IMG/VR virus record: IMGVR_UViG_2757320713_000001
Span: 1 to 32,735 of that record
DNA: 32,735 nt
Direction: 5' to 3' (one strand)
DNA from: a virus
A model generated the notes under the pieces. The model did no database searches. It was given only the letters and a program-made list of their open reading frames with translations, and was not told where the DNA came from. The stretch's first letter is position 1. Each line of letters starts with the position of its first letter. Position numbers and translations under genes: made by a program. Shown here piece after piece: positions 18,701-28,091 of the stretch.

Positions 18701-18978
18701 TATCAAATCCAACACAATTATTGCAAAAAGTATTTAGTGAATTTCAAGTTCCTAGTGATTTACAAAATACTTATCTTGAGTATGCAATAAATAGAAGAGT
18801 TAGGACATATGTAAGCGAAATAATCTCAACAATCAGTTTATTATTTGAGAAAGGCAAAATTGACTTAGGAACTGCTCAATCTTATTTACAACAACTACAG
18901 AAATATGGATTAACAAATGACGAAATTCAATTAATAATCCTCAATTGGCAGTTACGTTCAAATTTGTCAAGTTCATAA
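15793..18978 (+). CDS. Large virion protein, SIRV2 P1070-like (terminal structure/fibre)
   Basis: 1061 aa; amphipathic N-region and repeated helical units (LKKLG / LHSLG / LIKLG / LRQLG). Confidence 0.92.
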   Translation: MSFLLNLGDLGTFFSDELTALENFANFLSSDFINFFSAVVNDIENVVSFLGQAISDIPTFMQKIANNFLTILQNFVQTAIPVVSGFLTFLEQQIINVFQDLSSLASTFINDAYSFLQGVVNAFANLISTIVQDFLNNFGQNMKHISSAISQVTQFLTPFIAPVTLGKFLPAIIDKLAEILPEVEIDLAPVGLGGKIPINFGEIVKAFAETSVDFLNEVRQEIQTTLKEFIKEPFISDFKITAREIFNEIGLGDLPFADPPFTQIAKWVGSRSFSEIKDHLRETIYLTGFPAWFTDAYLESPVDDFIPRNPLFRPVNIRDVILASQYGILDFSAVSQYAENNLITPKTAKLMYQNETARLLQRAVEEGIRQFIVSPEKAYQEIIQNVNLAGKDLFLKVFSLEYNYAVQRIVRQFLRSLLSRALTNFGRPYIDLKFLESTVQKLFKELNYPEEVQNVFNIMIEQSQIVYTNQLLLSQLEQITKLGIFDEKKVKAELKANNFNEQIALTILQYELQYVQLQYILKELQFKLQNYIISTKDAENQLKKLGFDSSIISEIIFEYQTAPLTKYQISQIESLARKGYLSVDEIKKQLHSLGVIKEFEDIFINYTSQEIQISTTLSIVKEQLRNFLIDSKTVENELKVLKINDYLINEIIQEEYNINIAKLQLSYLETLAKNLYYDQAQLSNELSKILKDKTAIDLYVQRFYYEYVFPKIVNYYVSLARHGIIGNIKNLPKEIVDYEINPQIQIFQLTTELEYIKSLLKDLQITPTNAENELIKLGMQKDLANLFVQTYIPTLYSLHTIIGNIVNGQLFKVGKVPVNLGNAESQLRQLGIPESQIKILLEQYASSFGLEIWRKYLPSLSVIETAIKYNYPEKQLIDYSFIPSEFLNLYSNLYQYELIGQYVQSLKTDYVQLLVYGVQNIQLESIMKQYGINEVLLGVLKLSAQIKKILTAYQELYLTPSKALSISEYVSNPTQLLQKVFSEFQVPSDLQNTYLEYAINRRVRTYVSEIISTISLLFEKGKIDLGTAQSYLQQLQKYGLTNDEIQLIILNWQLRSNLSSS

Positions 18979-18988
18979 ACTATAACTC

Positions 18989-19804
18989 ATGAGTGTAAAC
19001 CTCTGTAAATATGAAGCAGAAAATATATCATTTAAAGATTTAGAAAAGTTAAAAGATAATATATATTATGAAATTAAATATGATGGAACTCATGTCTGTT
19101 TAAAATTTGAGAATGAGCTAAAGATTCATACAAGAAAAGATATACCTCATGACAAAACTTTTCAAGAACTTTTTTTGAAAGTTCCAAATATTGAGGAAAT
19201 TATAAATTATATAAAGAAAAATAATCAATATATAATACATGGGGAACTTATACATAAAAAGACATCAGCATTACAGATTCACAAAAATGAAACTCCGGAA
19301 TTTATAATTTATGATGTCTTTGACAAAGAAAGTAACAAATATTTAAAACCAACTGAAGTTGATAGCGAAATTTATGCATGGTATCCAGAAATTTGTTTAG
19401 ATTTAGATGATTTACTTGATATTATAACTAAAGAAAAACTTGAAGGTTTAGTAGCTAAAATCTATAATCCGAAATTTGCAAATTGTGAAGAAGGCAAAAA
19501 CTTCAACTTATGTCTCTACAAATATAAACCTTATTTTTCAACTTTAGGAGTAATATTCAAGCCTATTAGAAGGGAAATTGATGTTAGACAATTATCATTT
19601 TTATTAGGAGAAATTGATAATGATTTAAAGAATAATAAAGATGAATGGTATAGAAATCATCCAGAACTTTATAAATTCTTTATCGAAAATAAAGATAAAA
19701 TAATATCTATTTTACAGAATAAGAATTTTGAATTACAAATTGAAAAAAATACACATTTAGACATTAAGAAAATTAAAGAATATATTACAAATTTCAAAAG
19801 ATAA
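18989..19804 (+). CDS. ATP-dependent ligase-like nucleotidyltransferase (271 aa; RNA or DNA specificity unknown)
   Basis: Motif I EIKYDGT, III IIHGEL, IIIa FIIYDVF, IV EGLVAK, V LYKYK in canonical order. Confidence 0.88.
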   Translation: MSVNLCKYEAENISFKDLEKLKDNIYYEIKYDGTHVCLKFENELKIHTRKDIPHDKTFQELFLKVPNIEEIINYIKKNNQYIIHGELIHKKTSALQIHKNETPEFIIYDVFDKESNKYLKPTEVDSEIYAWYPEICLDLDDLLDIITKEKLEGLVAKIYNPKFANCEEGKNFNLCLYKYKPYFSTLGVIFKPIRREIDVRQLSFLLGEIDNDLKNNKDEWYRNHPELYKFFIENKDKIISILQNKNFELQIEKNTHLDIKKIKEYITNFKR

Positions 19805-19823
19805 CAACATTTAGACCAAGCCA

Positions 19824-19843
19824 TATACATAATATTATGTATA
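19824..19843. promoter_or_regulatory. Perfect palindrome TATACAT-AATATT-ATGTATA upstream of the 566-aa gene; best copy of a repeated motif
   Basis: Related copies at 11896-11917, 13630-13647, 24699-24716 and a variant at 8681-8700. Confidence 0.6.
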
Positions 19844-19885
19844 AGCTATGTGTGTTTATTTCTGTCAAGTTAATAATTTTTTCAT

Positions 19886-21586
19886 ATGAGCTTACCATAT
19901 AAAGTACGTTTTAAGTTACCGTTAGAATTTCTAACGTTACAAGACTGGAATAATTTTGTGCAAAATTTGTTATTTATAAATCAATATGGTTCAGCAAAGC
20001 TATTACAATATTATCAAAATGGGAATTTTCAAAATCTAAATGATGTAATTGCTGACTATTTATTTGTTTCAGCTTTAAAAGTAGCTGGATATAATGTTCT
20101 TCATAATTTATCACAACCACAAGCTTATACATTTGGGGAAGGAAAACAACAGCCATTTGAAAGCATGGCAAATAAACCAATAATTCAACTGAAGTCTGTA
20201 ATATTTCCAATTCTAAATTTTCAGATACAATTATCTAAAGTTAGTAAACAATTACAGCTACTAATTCCTAAACTAACAAGTAAAATTATAACTCCAAACC
20301 AAATTGCTGGAACACAATTCCAATTTTCTGGAACTTCAAATGTACAAACATTAATAGAAGATTATTTAGATCCATCGTATTTACAAACTTGGAGAGAAAT
20401 AATAATACAAAATCTTGGAACTTCTGCAGTTCAAATTAATAATTCTATCTATCTAATGCCTAAAAATTGTTTAAAAATAACTGCAAGTTCACCAAGTGAA
20501 ATTCAACTAACTGCTCAAACTCCAACTTTGCTAAGTGAAGAAATTGAATTTGTTGGAATTCCAATTGTTACTTATACAATTACAATAACAAATAGTCAGC
20601 CAGATCCAACTCCTTCACCATTTCAACAATTACTTCAACTTAATCTTTCTTCAATATTATCGAGTCCAAGTCAGCTTTTGAATTTACAATTTTGCTTAGA
20701 TGTTAATTGTAATACTCCATTATATGCATGGATTGAAAGTTATACTTCTAATTTATCAAATGTTTATATTTGGGTAAATTTGCCAACTTCAATACCAGCA
20801 AATTCATCAATTACAATTTATATGTTTATAAGAAATTCAATTCAGTATCCTTATACTGGAATGAGACCAGATTTATCCGTGAGTTATGCACAATATGATA
20901 ATGGAAAAAATATATTTTTAATTTATTTCAACGGAAATGAACCATTATCTAATTTTAATAATCAAGGAAATTCATTAACTCAAATATCTACAACCGGACC
21001 GTTAGGAAATACAATAAATGCAATTTATATAAGCGGTTATAATTCACATTTTGGATTTGTATATACTCCCAAATATATATCAAATCAGCCAGTAATTGCA
21101 GAATCATCTGTAATAGATTTAGGAAATCAAACAGGTGGATTAAATGCAGATAATGGATTTTCTTCAATTGTTGATAGTACTTCAATTTCTAGTTTAAATG
21201 CAATAAGTGTAGATATGGGGTATTCTGGTTCTTATTTTTCTAATGATTACTTTATAAGTGGAACTCAAACTTCCAATGTAAACCCAGCAGGAACTGCAGT
21301 ATCACAGTGGCTTTATGCATGGGTCGTATATTCTGGATCATCAAGTACTTCATGGTATGGATGTATAGCACCTCAACTTTACAGTTCTTCAGGAGGATAT
21401 TGTGGTACAGTTGGCAATAATCCATTTTCTAGTTCTTCTCAACTATATTTAGGTATAATTGGTAGTGTAAATTCTAGTTATCAATGGCAAACTGCATGGA
21501 ATTTTATGAGGTTAAGAGCTTATCCTCCAAATAACGTAATGCCTTCAAATTCTCAACCACAAAAGACAATAGTTCTAGTCACGTGA
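19886..21586 (+). CDS. Minor virion protein, SIRV2 P564-like, with DUF2341-like beta-rich C-terminal adhesin region
   Basis: YAWIESY..WVNLP..IPANSSITIYM pattern and S/G/N-rich C-half; synteny. Confidence 0.85.
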   Translation: MSLPYKVRFKLPLEFLTLQDWNNFVQNLLFINQYGSAKLLQYYQNGNFQNLNDVIADYLFVSALKVAGYNVLHNLSQPQAYTFGEGKQQPFESMANKPIIQLKSVIFPILNFQIQLSKVSKQLQLLIPKLTSKIITPNQIAGTQFQFSGTSNVQTLIEDYLDPSYLQTWREIIIQNLGTSAVQINNSIYLMPKNCLKITASSPSEIQLTAQTPTLLSEEIEFVGIPIVTYTITITNSQPDPTPSPFQQLLQLNLSSILSSPSQLLNLQFCLDVNCNTPLYAWIESYTSNLSNVYIWVNLPTSIPANSSITIYMFIRNSIQYPYTGMRPDLSVSYAQYDNGKNIFLIYFNGNEPLSNFNNQGNSLTQISTTGPLGNTINAIYISGYNSHFGFVYTPKYISNQPVIAESSVIDLGNQTGGLNADNGFSSIVDSTSISSLNAISVDMGYSGSYFSNDYFISGTQTSNVNPAGTAVSQWLYAWVVYSGSSSTSWYGCIAPQLYSSSGGYCGTVGNNPFSSSSQLYLGIIGSVNSSYQWQTAWNFMRLRAYPPNNVMPSNSQPQKTIVLVT

Positions 21587-21761
21587 GGTCAAACATGATG
21601 TTCTTTAATTCAAAATTAAGTTCATTCGGCTTTAATTCAGAATTTAAAAATCTCCAGATTTGCCTCATACCGAACAAGTGCAATTTTGGAATTGATAATA
21701 TAAAAATTATGAATATAGTTTTAAATCATTTATTCAAAATTAAGCACGTAGTGATGTAAAA

Positions 21762-23297
21762 ATGTCTTCAACTTACTGCGTTCAATTACCAGAAAATCTT
21801 TTATTATTATCTATGACTACAGTAAATCCTATAAACTTTACATCTTTGCAATTTTCATTAAGCGTAAATTCGCTAGTTATATTTCTATTCTCAAAATATC
21901 CTTTTAATTCTGGTTATTACAATAATTTTTGTATAAATCAAGATGAGTTTGGATTTGCACAAGTTGGACAAACTTTCAATATAGATCTATCAAATTATCA
22001 AGGATATTATATGCTAATTTTAATTTATCCACAAGGAATTAATTTAAAGAGTTCTAAAAGTTGTGTCTCGATTCAAGGTTTAACTATGACTTTTCAGAAT
22101 ACAACAATTTCACCAATTACAAGTGAAACTGTAATTAACAATTTTGATGGTCAAGAAGAAACCGGATTTTGTACATGTTATGATGGTCAAAGTCATGTAA
22201 TAGAAATTCTATGTAATAATTCAAATTATGTTTCTGCTATTTTATTAAATAATTTAAATAATCAATTACTAATAATGACTTGTCAAGGATTTGTATATGA
22301 AAATAATACAACTGTAGGATTTATAACGCCAAGTACATGTGGTACTTTTGGTTCATATTTAACAGCAGAAATAACATTTATTGCAAATCAATCAGTTATA
22401 GATTTTCTAAATAATAATAATATCTCTTATAATATTTTATCATCTACTGAATGTCAACCAACTTATAAATTATTACCATGTACTTTACCATGTAAATCGT
22501 TTTACCAAATTACAAAATTATTATCTCCACCAACTAAATATTCTATAATATCTTCAAAATTATGGAATGAAATTGTACAAGACCTATATCTAACTTATAG
22601 TGTATTTAAATATATTAATTATTTAACACAATATGCATATTTAGACTATATATATCCTACAATTTTAGACTTTTATAATTTTTATGAAAACTTTCAACCA
22701 TATCCATTTACTCAATTATTGTATGCACAAAAAGGAATTCCATTAACTGTAAACGATTTTAACAAATTAATAGATGCAATTGTAAAATTAGCAAATGAAA
22801 ATGATATAAAATTGAAAAAAGGACTTTCTTATGTTCAGCGTGATCAAGTCGTAAGAGCTTCACAATTTGCAAATATAGTTTATAATGTTAATCAATTTCT
22901 AACTTTTAATTATAATCAATATTTTCTATTAGATTGTAATGGATCAATTTTCTCGAATTTATTGAATAAACAAAATGCATTTTTAAATGTCATAATTAAT
23001 AATTTAGTAACTTCACTTAATATTCCTTCAAACGTTTATATTAAAAACTTATTAATATATACTTCAAATCAAACTATTTATAATTATGGTGTAATAGATA
23101 AATTAATAATTAATATTAATAACGGCGAAATTTATCTTAATGGAAATTCATTTATAAATTTTCTACTTATAACTGACAATAATAATAATATTTATGTAAA
23201 TGATAATTCAGTAATAAACAATTTAATTTGTATTAGTAATACTGGCACTATAAATATCTCATCAAATGCAATAATTAAAAATAATCAATGTGCTTAA
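21762..23297 (+). CDS. 511-aa protein; C-part SIRV ORF309-like with N/I-rich beta-helix-like tail, plus Cys-rich N-terminal region
   Basis: LLSPPTKYSIISSKLWNEIVQDLYL begins near residue 255; synteny; GTGATG SD. Confidence 0.75.
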   Translation: MSSTYCVQLPENLLLLSMTTVNPINFTSLQFSLSVNSLVIFLFSKYPFNSGYYNNFCINQDEFGFAQVGQTFNIDLSNYQGYYMLILIYPQGINLKSSKSCVSIQGLTMTFQNTTISPITSETVINNFDGQEETGFCTCYDGQSHVIEILCNNSNYVSAILLNNLNNQLLIMTCQGFVYENNTTVGFITPSTCGTFGSYLTAEITFIANQSVIDFLNNNNISYNILSSTECQPTYKLLPCTLPCKSFYQITKLLSPPTKYSIISSKLWNEIVQDLYLTYSVFKYINYLTQYAYLDYIYPTILDFYNFYENFQPYPFTQLLYAQKGIPLTVNDFNKLIDAIVKLANENDIKLKKGLSYVQRDQVVRASQFANIVYNVNQFLTFNYNQYFLLDCNGSIFSNLLNKQNAFLNVIINNLVTSLNIPSNVYIKNLLIYTSNQTIYNYGVIDKLIININNGEIYLNGNSFINFLLITDNNNNIYVNDNSVINNLICISNTGTINISSNAIIKNNQCA

Positions 23298-23300
23298 TAT

Positions 23301-23344
23301 AGAACTTTTACATATTCGGTTTTAATTTTAAATTAAAAAGTTCT
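23301..23344. terminator. Inverted repeat AGAACTTTT-N26-AAAAGTTCT between convergent genes
   Basis: 9-bp arms at 23301-23309 and 23336-23344. Confidence 0.4.
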
Positions 23345-23366
23345 AAATTTGACCTCATAATGCTCT

Positions 23367-23849
23367 TCATAATTTACAAAATATAAATTCTTTATTATCA
23401 TCAGTTATAAAAGTTAGAACTGTACCGTATAATTTTCGCATTAAATCAAATCTGTTTTCTGTCCATTCATGAATAGCTATACAATATTGTTTGTATTTTT
23501 GTAATTGAGAAAAATCAAGTTTACTTTCGCATCCCTCACAATCCATAACTAAAATATCAGCATTTGGATATTCTTTTCCAGTCCATTCGCCGTAAACTTC
23601 AACTTTATCACATATTTGAAATTCTTTACAAACTTTTTCTTTAAATCTTTTATTCAGCTCATCACTTTTTTCATAACCAATTATTTTCTTTGCACCTTTA
23701 AGAAGAAAATACAAAGCAGAACTTCCACAATCATTTCCAATTATTATAATTGTTTTATTTTCAACTTGCAATTTTCCATATGCATAATCAAACTCATGCC
23801 AATAACAACACTCTAATTTACAAAAATAATCTTTATAATTTATACTCAT
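23367..23849 (-). CDS. SAM-dependent methyltransferase, SIRV ORF158a-like
   Basis: IIIIGNDCGSSALYF..GAKKIIGYE and LVMDCEGCE motifs. Confidence 0.9.
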   Translation of the reverse strand: MSINYKDYFCKLECCYWHEFDYAYGKLQVENKTIIIIGNDCGSSALYFLLKGAKKIIGYEKSDELNKRFKEKVCKEFQICDKVEVYGEWTGKEYPNADILVMDCEGCESKLDFSQLQKYKQYCIAIHEWTENRFDLMRKLYGTVLTFITDDNKEFIFCKL

Positions 23850-23851
23850 GA

Positions 23852-24655
23852 TTAAATGACCTCAAACAAAGCATAAACTTTAGCTTTCCCGGTAGCCCAT
23901 GCGTAAACATTTGCAGGATTATTTACATGTATTTCTAAACTATCATTTGGCAAAATTGGGAAATTATTGTATAGATTATTGCCAATGTAAACTATGTAAT
24001 TACTTAAATTCTGTAATATTATTCTAACAGTTTCTATGGATGGACCAGAATATAAAGGACTAGGAGTTGTGGAAACATCTAATTGTAGACCTTCTATAGT
24101 CGGCGGTGATAAATACAAACTTAATTTATTTATTGTATTAGCTAAACCAACTGTAGCTAAATATACATAGTCAAGTACATATTCTATAGAATTCGCAATA
24201 ACATAAATTGCATTTTGTAATGAAATTCCTAATTTTTTAGAAATTGAATTTATCAAAATATAAAATGACTCATAAAAGTTATCAAAATTTTGTGTAAGTG
24301 TATTACTAATTTGATTAGGTAATTTGATAATTGAGTAATATAATTGTTCATTTGAATATAAAATTAAATTTATTTGTTGTTGAGCAGTTGAAATAAATCC
24401 AGCGATATAAATTGGATCTAGTTCTGTTAAAACTGGTTGTCCAGCTATATAAATTTCATCATAGAAAAATCCAGAACTAGCATTTATTGAACCTGGAATT
24501 GTTAAATTTCCATTTTTTAGAATTGAAGTAACTGCATTTCCACCAGTCTCATACAATTGAATAAGTAAAAGTGATGCAGTATTCCACATGGAAGAAGTCA
24601 ATCTCTGAAATGGTGAAGCTAACAAACTTGAAATTGAAGCATATGTAATGCTCAT
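23852..24655 (-). CDS. 267-aa conserved rudiviral protein, SIRV ORF269-like
   Basis: PFQRLTSSMWN resembles the KLWN / QDWNNF motifs of the neighbouring virion-type proteins; synteny. Confidence 0.8.
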   Translation of the reverse strand: MSITYASISSLLASPFQRLTSSMWNTASLLLIQLYETGGNAVTSILKNGNLTIPGSINASSGFFYDEIYIAGQPVLTELDPIYIAGFISTAQQQINLILYSNEQLYYSIIKLPNQISNTLTQNFDNFYESFYILINSISKKLGISLQNAIYVIANSIEYVLDYVYLATVGLANTINKLSLYLSPPTIEGLQLDVSTTPSPLYSGPSIETVRIILQNLSNYIVYIGNNLYNNFPILPNDSLEIHVNNPANVYAWATGKAKVYALFEVI

Positions 24656-24786
24656 ATGTTTATATACTTAAATTGTAGTAAAAATAAACTCATAGCTTAT
24701 ATATCATATTATGTATATAGCTTGATCTAATTGATCTTATAACGAATTAGCAATATTTTAATTTGTCATGAACTTGAGAAATAATT

Positions 24787-25392
24787 ATGAAAATCTTTAC
24801 TTTTGTTGGATTTACAAAACATCTGGAAGAACTAGATTTTGATTATGTTGTAGTAGATAGAACTTTTAATGATTTAACTCCCCAGTTAATCGATAAATAT
24901 TCAGATAAAATAATATGGAATGAGACAAATAGTAATGTAAGATGGATCAGAATTGCTAAACAATTACTTAAAATTCTAGAAGTAGTTAAAGATTTAGATG
25001 ATGATATATTTGCGATAATTGATAGTGATCTAATTGTTCCAAAAATTAGAGAAATTGATCCACAAAATAAAATTTTAACGCTTTGTTATTGGCTTTATTA
25101 CGAGTGGGCTAATGAAATAAGACCTTTCTGCTCTGGAACAAATTACATATTTAATAAAAAACATATCGTAATTTTAGAAACTGCAATAAATGTTTATTTA
25201 GAAAAAGAATATTATAAAGAATTTCCAGTGGATATATTTCTACATGACCATATTTTGCATATAAATATATTAAAATTAGGAACTATACATTATGTAAAAA
25301 CTCCTGAAGGTGAGAAAAAAATGGAATTTACATTTAACGATATAAATCAAGTATTTAAACATATTCCAGAATTTGTTTTAATATCTTGGTGA
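24787..25392 (+). CDS. GT-A-like glycosyltransferase (201 aa)
   Basis: FAIIDSDLIV DxD motif; tandem with a second GT. Confidence 0.8.
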   Translation: MKIFTFVGFTKHLEELDFDYVVVDRTFNDLTPQLIDKYSDKIIWNETNSNVRWIRIAKQLLKILEVVKDLDDDIFAIIDSDLIVPKIREIDPQNKILTLCYWLYYEWANEIRPFCSGTNYIFNKKHIVILETAINVYLEKEYYKEFPVDIFLHDHILHINILKLGTIHYVKTPEGEKKMEFTFNDINQVFKHIPEFVLISW

Positions 25393-25399
25393 TATTTAA

Positions 25400-26464
25400 T
25401 TGGAAAAACCGATTTATTACGTTTACCCTCAGCACCATGACGTTTCATTCAAATTTGTGGCTAAAGAACATATTAAAATGTTGAGAGAAAAATATACAGT
25501 TTACGAAATTCCAGCATTATCTTTCTATCAATTTACACCTTTCAAATATCCAATTTCTATAATTCACCCATTCTTCTATAGCATATGGCACTGGGGAAAA
25601 GTTGAATTTTCTTTCTTTGAACAGTATAGAAGCCGAGTTTCAGCAATTGTAGGAGTTGAAGTAGCTGACAGTGATAGAATTTCAGAAAAATTCATAGATT
25701 ATGCTAATAATTATGCTGATAGATTAATTGGAAATTCAGAATGGACTATAAACGCTTTTAAAAATTCTGGACTAAAAATTCCAATTTTCAAAGTTGTTCA
25801 TAATTTCAATTCTAGATTATTGGCAAAAGATAATGAGTTAAAAGTTGATGAACAAGTTAAATATATTGAAAAAGTTAAAAATGAGAAGAAAATTAAATTG
25901 ATATTTATTTCACTTTGGCATTCTGATTTTAGAAAAGGAGCGGATTTATTTCATAATATTGCTAAAGAAATACAAAAAGAAAGAGACGACATTTATTTTT
26001 TAGTTAAATCTGGAGGGCCAAGGACAGATTTTCAAGATTTGAGAATGTTTAATTTGACTGGAAATACAGATTTTGACAATATTGTTAAAATGTATAGAAT
26101 TTCTGACTTATATTTGTTGCCTTCAAGAGGCGGAAGTTTTGAACTTAATGGACTAGAGGCATTCATTTCCAAAATTCCGACAATTGCCACAAAAGGTGGT
26201 GCATGGGAAGAATATTTTCCTAACAATTTAAAAGATTTATTAGTAGATTCTTGTAGATTTCCAGATGTTCTTTGGAATAATCCAATTCATATTGGACAAG
26301 GAGTAGAAATGTGCATAAATAACGCAATAGAAAAAATCTTAGAAGTTCTAGATAAACTAGATGATTATAAAGCAAAAATTGAAGAAAACTATAACTTTTG
26401 GCTAGAAAACTTTAGTTATGAAACTGTAAAAAAACAATTATTTAACGCTTTGACTTTTACTTAA
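25400..26464 (+). CDS. GT-B glycosyltransferase, SIRV ORF356-like, TTG start
   Basis: PSRGGSFELNGLEAF..IPTIAT; GGTGA SD before the TTG. Confidence 0.92.
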   Translation: MEKPIYYVYPQHHDVSFKFVAKEHIKMLREKYTVYEIPALSFYQFTPFKYPISIIHPFFYSIWHWGKVEFSFFEQYRSRVSAIVGVEVADSDRISEKFIDYANNYADRLIGNSEWTINAFKNSGLKIPIFKVVHNFNSRLLAKDNELKVDEQVKYIEKVKNEKKIKLIFISLWHSDFRKGADLFHNIAKEIQKERDDIYFLVKSGGPRTDFQDLRMFNLTGNTDFDNIVKMYRISDLYLLPSRGGSFELNGLEAFISKIPTIATKGGAWEEYFPNNLKDLLVDSCRFPDVLWNNPIHIGQGVEMCINNAIEKILEVLDKLDDYKAKIEENYNFWLENFSYETVKKQLFNALTFT

Positions 26465-26809
26465 AAAATCATAAATTTTTAGTAATGCTTCAATATTTTC
26501 TTCTCTCTTTAACTTCTTTATCTCTCTTATTATTTCATCATAAATATTATTAATTTTAATCAGTTCTAAAACTTCCTTAATTAGTAAAATTGAAAATCTA
26601 TGAGATTGTTGAACTATAACATAAATTTTTCTTGCTAATTTTTCAGCATCAAATTTATCATATTCAATTGAAAGTTCAACATCTGAATATTTTGCGGTAA
26701 CATTATTTTCATAAAGAGTCAAAAAAAGTTTATATTTGTCTTCTACAATTACTTCAGCTTGATTATCATTTATCTTAACTATCACGTTTTCTCTTAACTT
26801 AAACTCCAT
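26438..26809 (-). CDS. About 123-aa hypothetical protein
   Basis: Exact ATAAATATGTCATA promoter at 26833-26846; 27-bp convergent overlap with the GT. Confidence 0.75.
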   Translation of the reverse strand: MEFKLRENVIVKINDNQAEVIVEDKYKLFLTLYENNVTAKYSDVELSIEYDKFDAEKLARKIYVIVQQSHRFSILLIKEVLELIKINNIYDEIIREIKKLKREENIEALLKIYDFLSKSQSVK

Positions 26810-26898
26810 GTCTATCAATATAATATATATTTTATGACATATTTATTTCTTTAAATTTCGAGTAAATCTTAAATTGGTCATAATGTAGGAGCTATGAT

Positions 26899-28089
26899 AT
26901 GGAATTTAAAAGAGAAAGTTCCGGAATAATAAAAAGCTTTTCAGCATTAGATATTTTTTCAATTAATCTTTTGTATATGGGAATTTTAAGCGGAATAAGC
27001 TATCCATTATTTGTCTCTGAAATGATGAAAAATGTAAACTTATTATTTGCAATTTTAATAGGCTCTGCTTTTGGAATTCCACTTTTAGTAATGTACTATT
27101 TGCTAACTAAGAAAATACCGTTAAATGGAGGAGATTACGCTTATATTAGATCTTCATTTTCTCCAAAGTTTTACACAATTTTCGGAATTTCACTATGGCT
27201 AATTTACGTATTTTCAGCTCCAGTTTTATCTGATCTTGTATTGTTAAATTTCAATATTCCAGTAATTGATAAGTTTTTAATTTCAGAATTATTATTTGCT
27301 ATTGCTTTACTTAGCATAGTTAAAAAGTCAATTTATGCATATATTGTAGACGGAATTGCAATTTTACAAATAATTGTTTCTTTAATTCTGCCAATTTCAA
27401 GTTTCCATTTTCAAGCCCCAAATTTCATATTATCAAACACTTTACTTTCAGCTTTACTATTTGATTTGTCTATGTTTCTCTTCATAAATGCGATTAGTTA
27501 TATAGCTGGCGAAACAAAAAATGTAGACAAATCCATGAAAATTGGATATTTCTTAAGTTACTTTGTAGTTACAATATTAGCGTTATTAGACAGTTATTCA
27601 AATTTAAATATCTTATTTCTGTTAATGCCGATATGGTTTATGAGTTATATTTTTGTTACTTCTATGATTCAAAGTAGATTAATTCAAAATTTAGCATTTG
27701 ATAAAATCTTACCTGAAAAATTTGCAAAAATAACGCCTAATGCTTTACTGTTAATCTTTATCGCTGATACAATTGCAAACGTTTTAGAAAATCTATTTAA
27801 TTTCTCAATTTCATTTGGATTTGATGGATTATTATTCATTTTCTGGAACTTTATAATTGTTAGTTTTGCATTTCTAAAGCTAACAAACAAAAAACTATTA
27901 TTTTCAATAGTAATGATTAGCCTAATTTTACAGATCTTCTTATTCTTTTATCTAGGCATATCAAATTCAATATTCTATAATTTTGTAATTCAAGGAAATG
28001 TTCTATTTGCAATATTAAGAATATTGCTAATGCCAATTTTAGGAGGAATTATTTACTTGTTAAGGAGAAAAATTATAAACGCTGAATAA
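26899..28089 (+). CDS. APC-superfamily permease-like polytopic membrane protein (396 aa)
   Basis: FKRESSGIIKSFSALD N-terminus as in Sulfolobales amino-acid permeases; GGDYAYI, AGETKN; about 11-12 hydrophobic segments. Confidence 0.85.
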   Translation: MEFKRESSGIIKSFSALDIFSINLLYMGILSGISYPLFVSEMMKNVNLLFAILIGSAFGIPLLVMYYLLTKKIPLNGGDYAYIRSSFSPKFYTIFGISLWLIYVFSAPVLSDLVLLNFNIPVIDKFLISELLFAIALLSIVKKSIYAYIVDGIAILQIIVSLILPISSFHFQAPNFILSNTLLSALLFDLSMFLFINAISYIAGETKNVDKSMKIGYFLSYFVVTILALLDSYSNLNILFLLMPIWFMSYIFVTSMIQSRLIQNLAFDKILPEKFAKITPNALLLIFIADTIANVLENLFNFSISFGFDGLLFIFWNFIIVSFAFLKLTNKKLLFSIVMISLILQIFLFFYLGISNSIFYNFVIQGNVLFAILRILLMPILGGIIYLLRRKIINAE

Positions 28090-28091
28090 AG

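Noticed and set aside
18224-21185. ORFs 18224..18433, 19974..20210 and 20988..21185 (all -)
   Set aside because: Nested antisense within virion genes, no expression signals.
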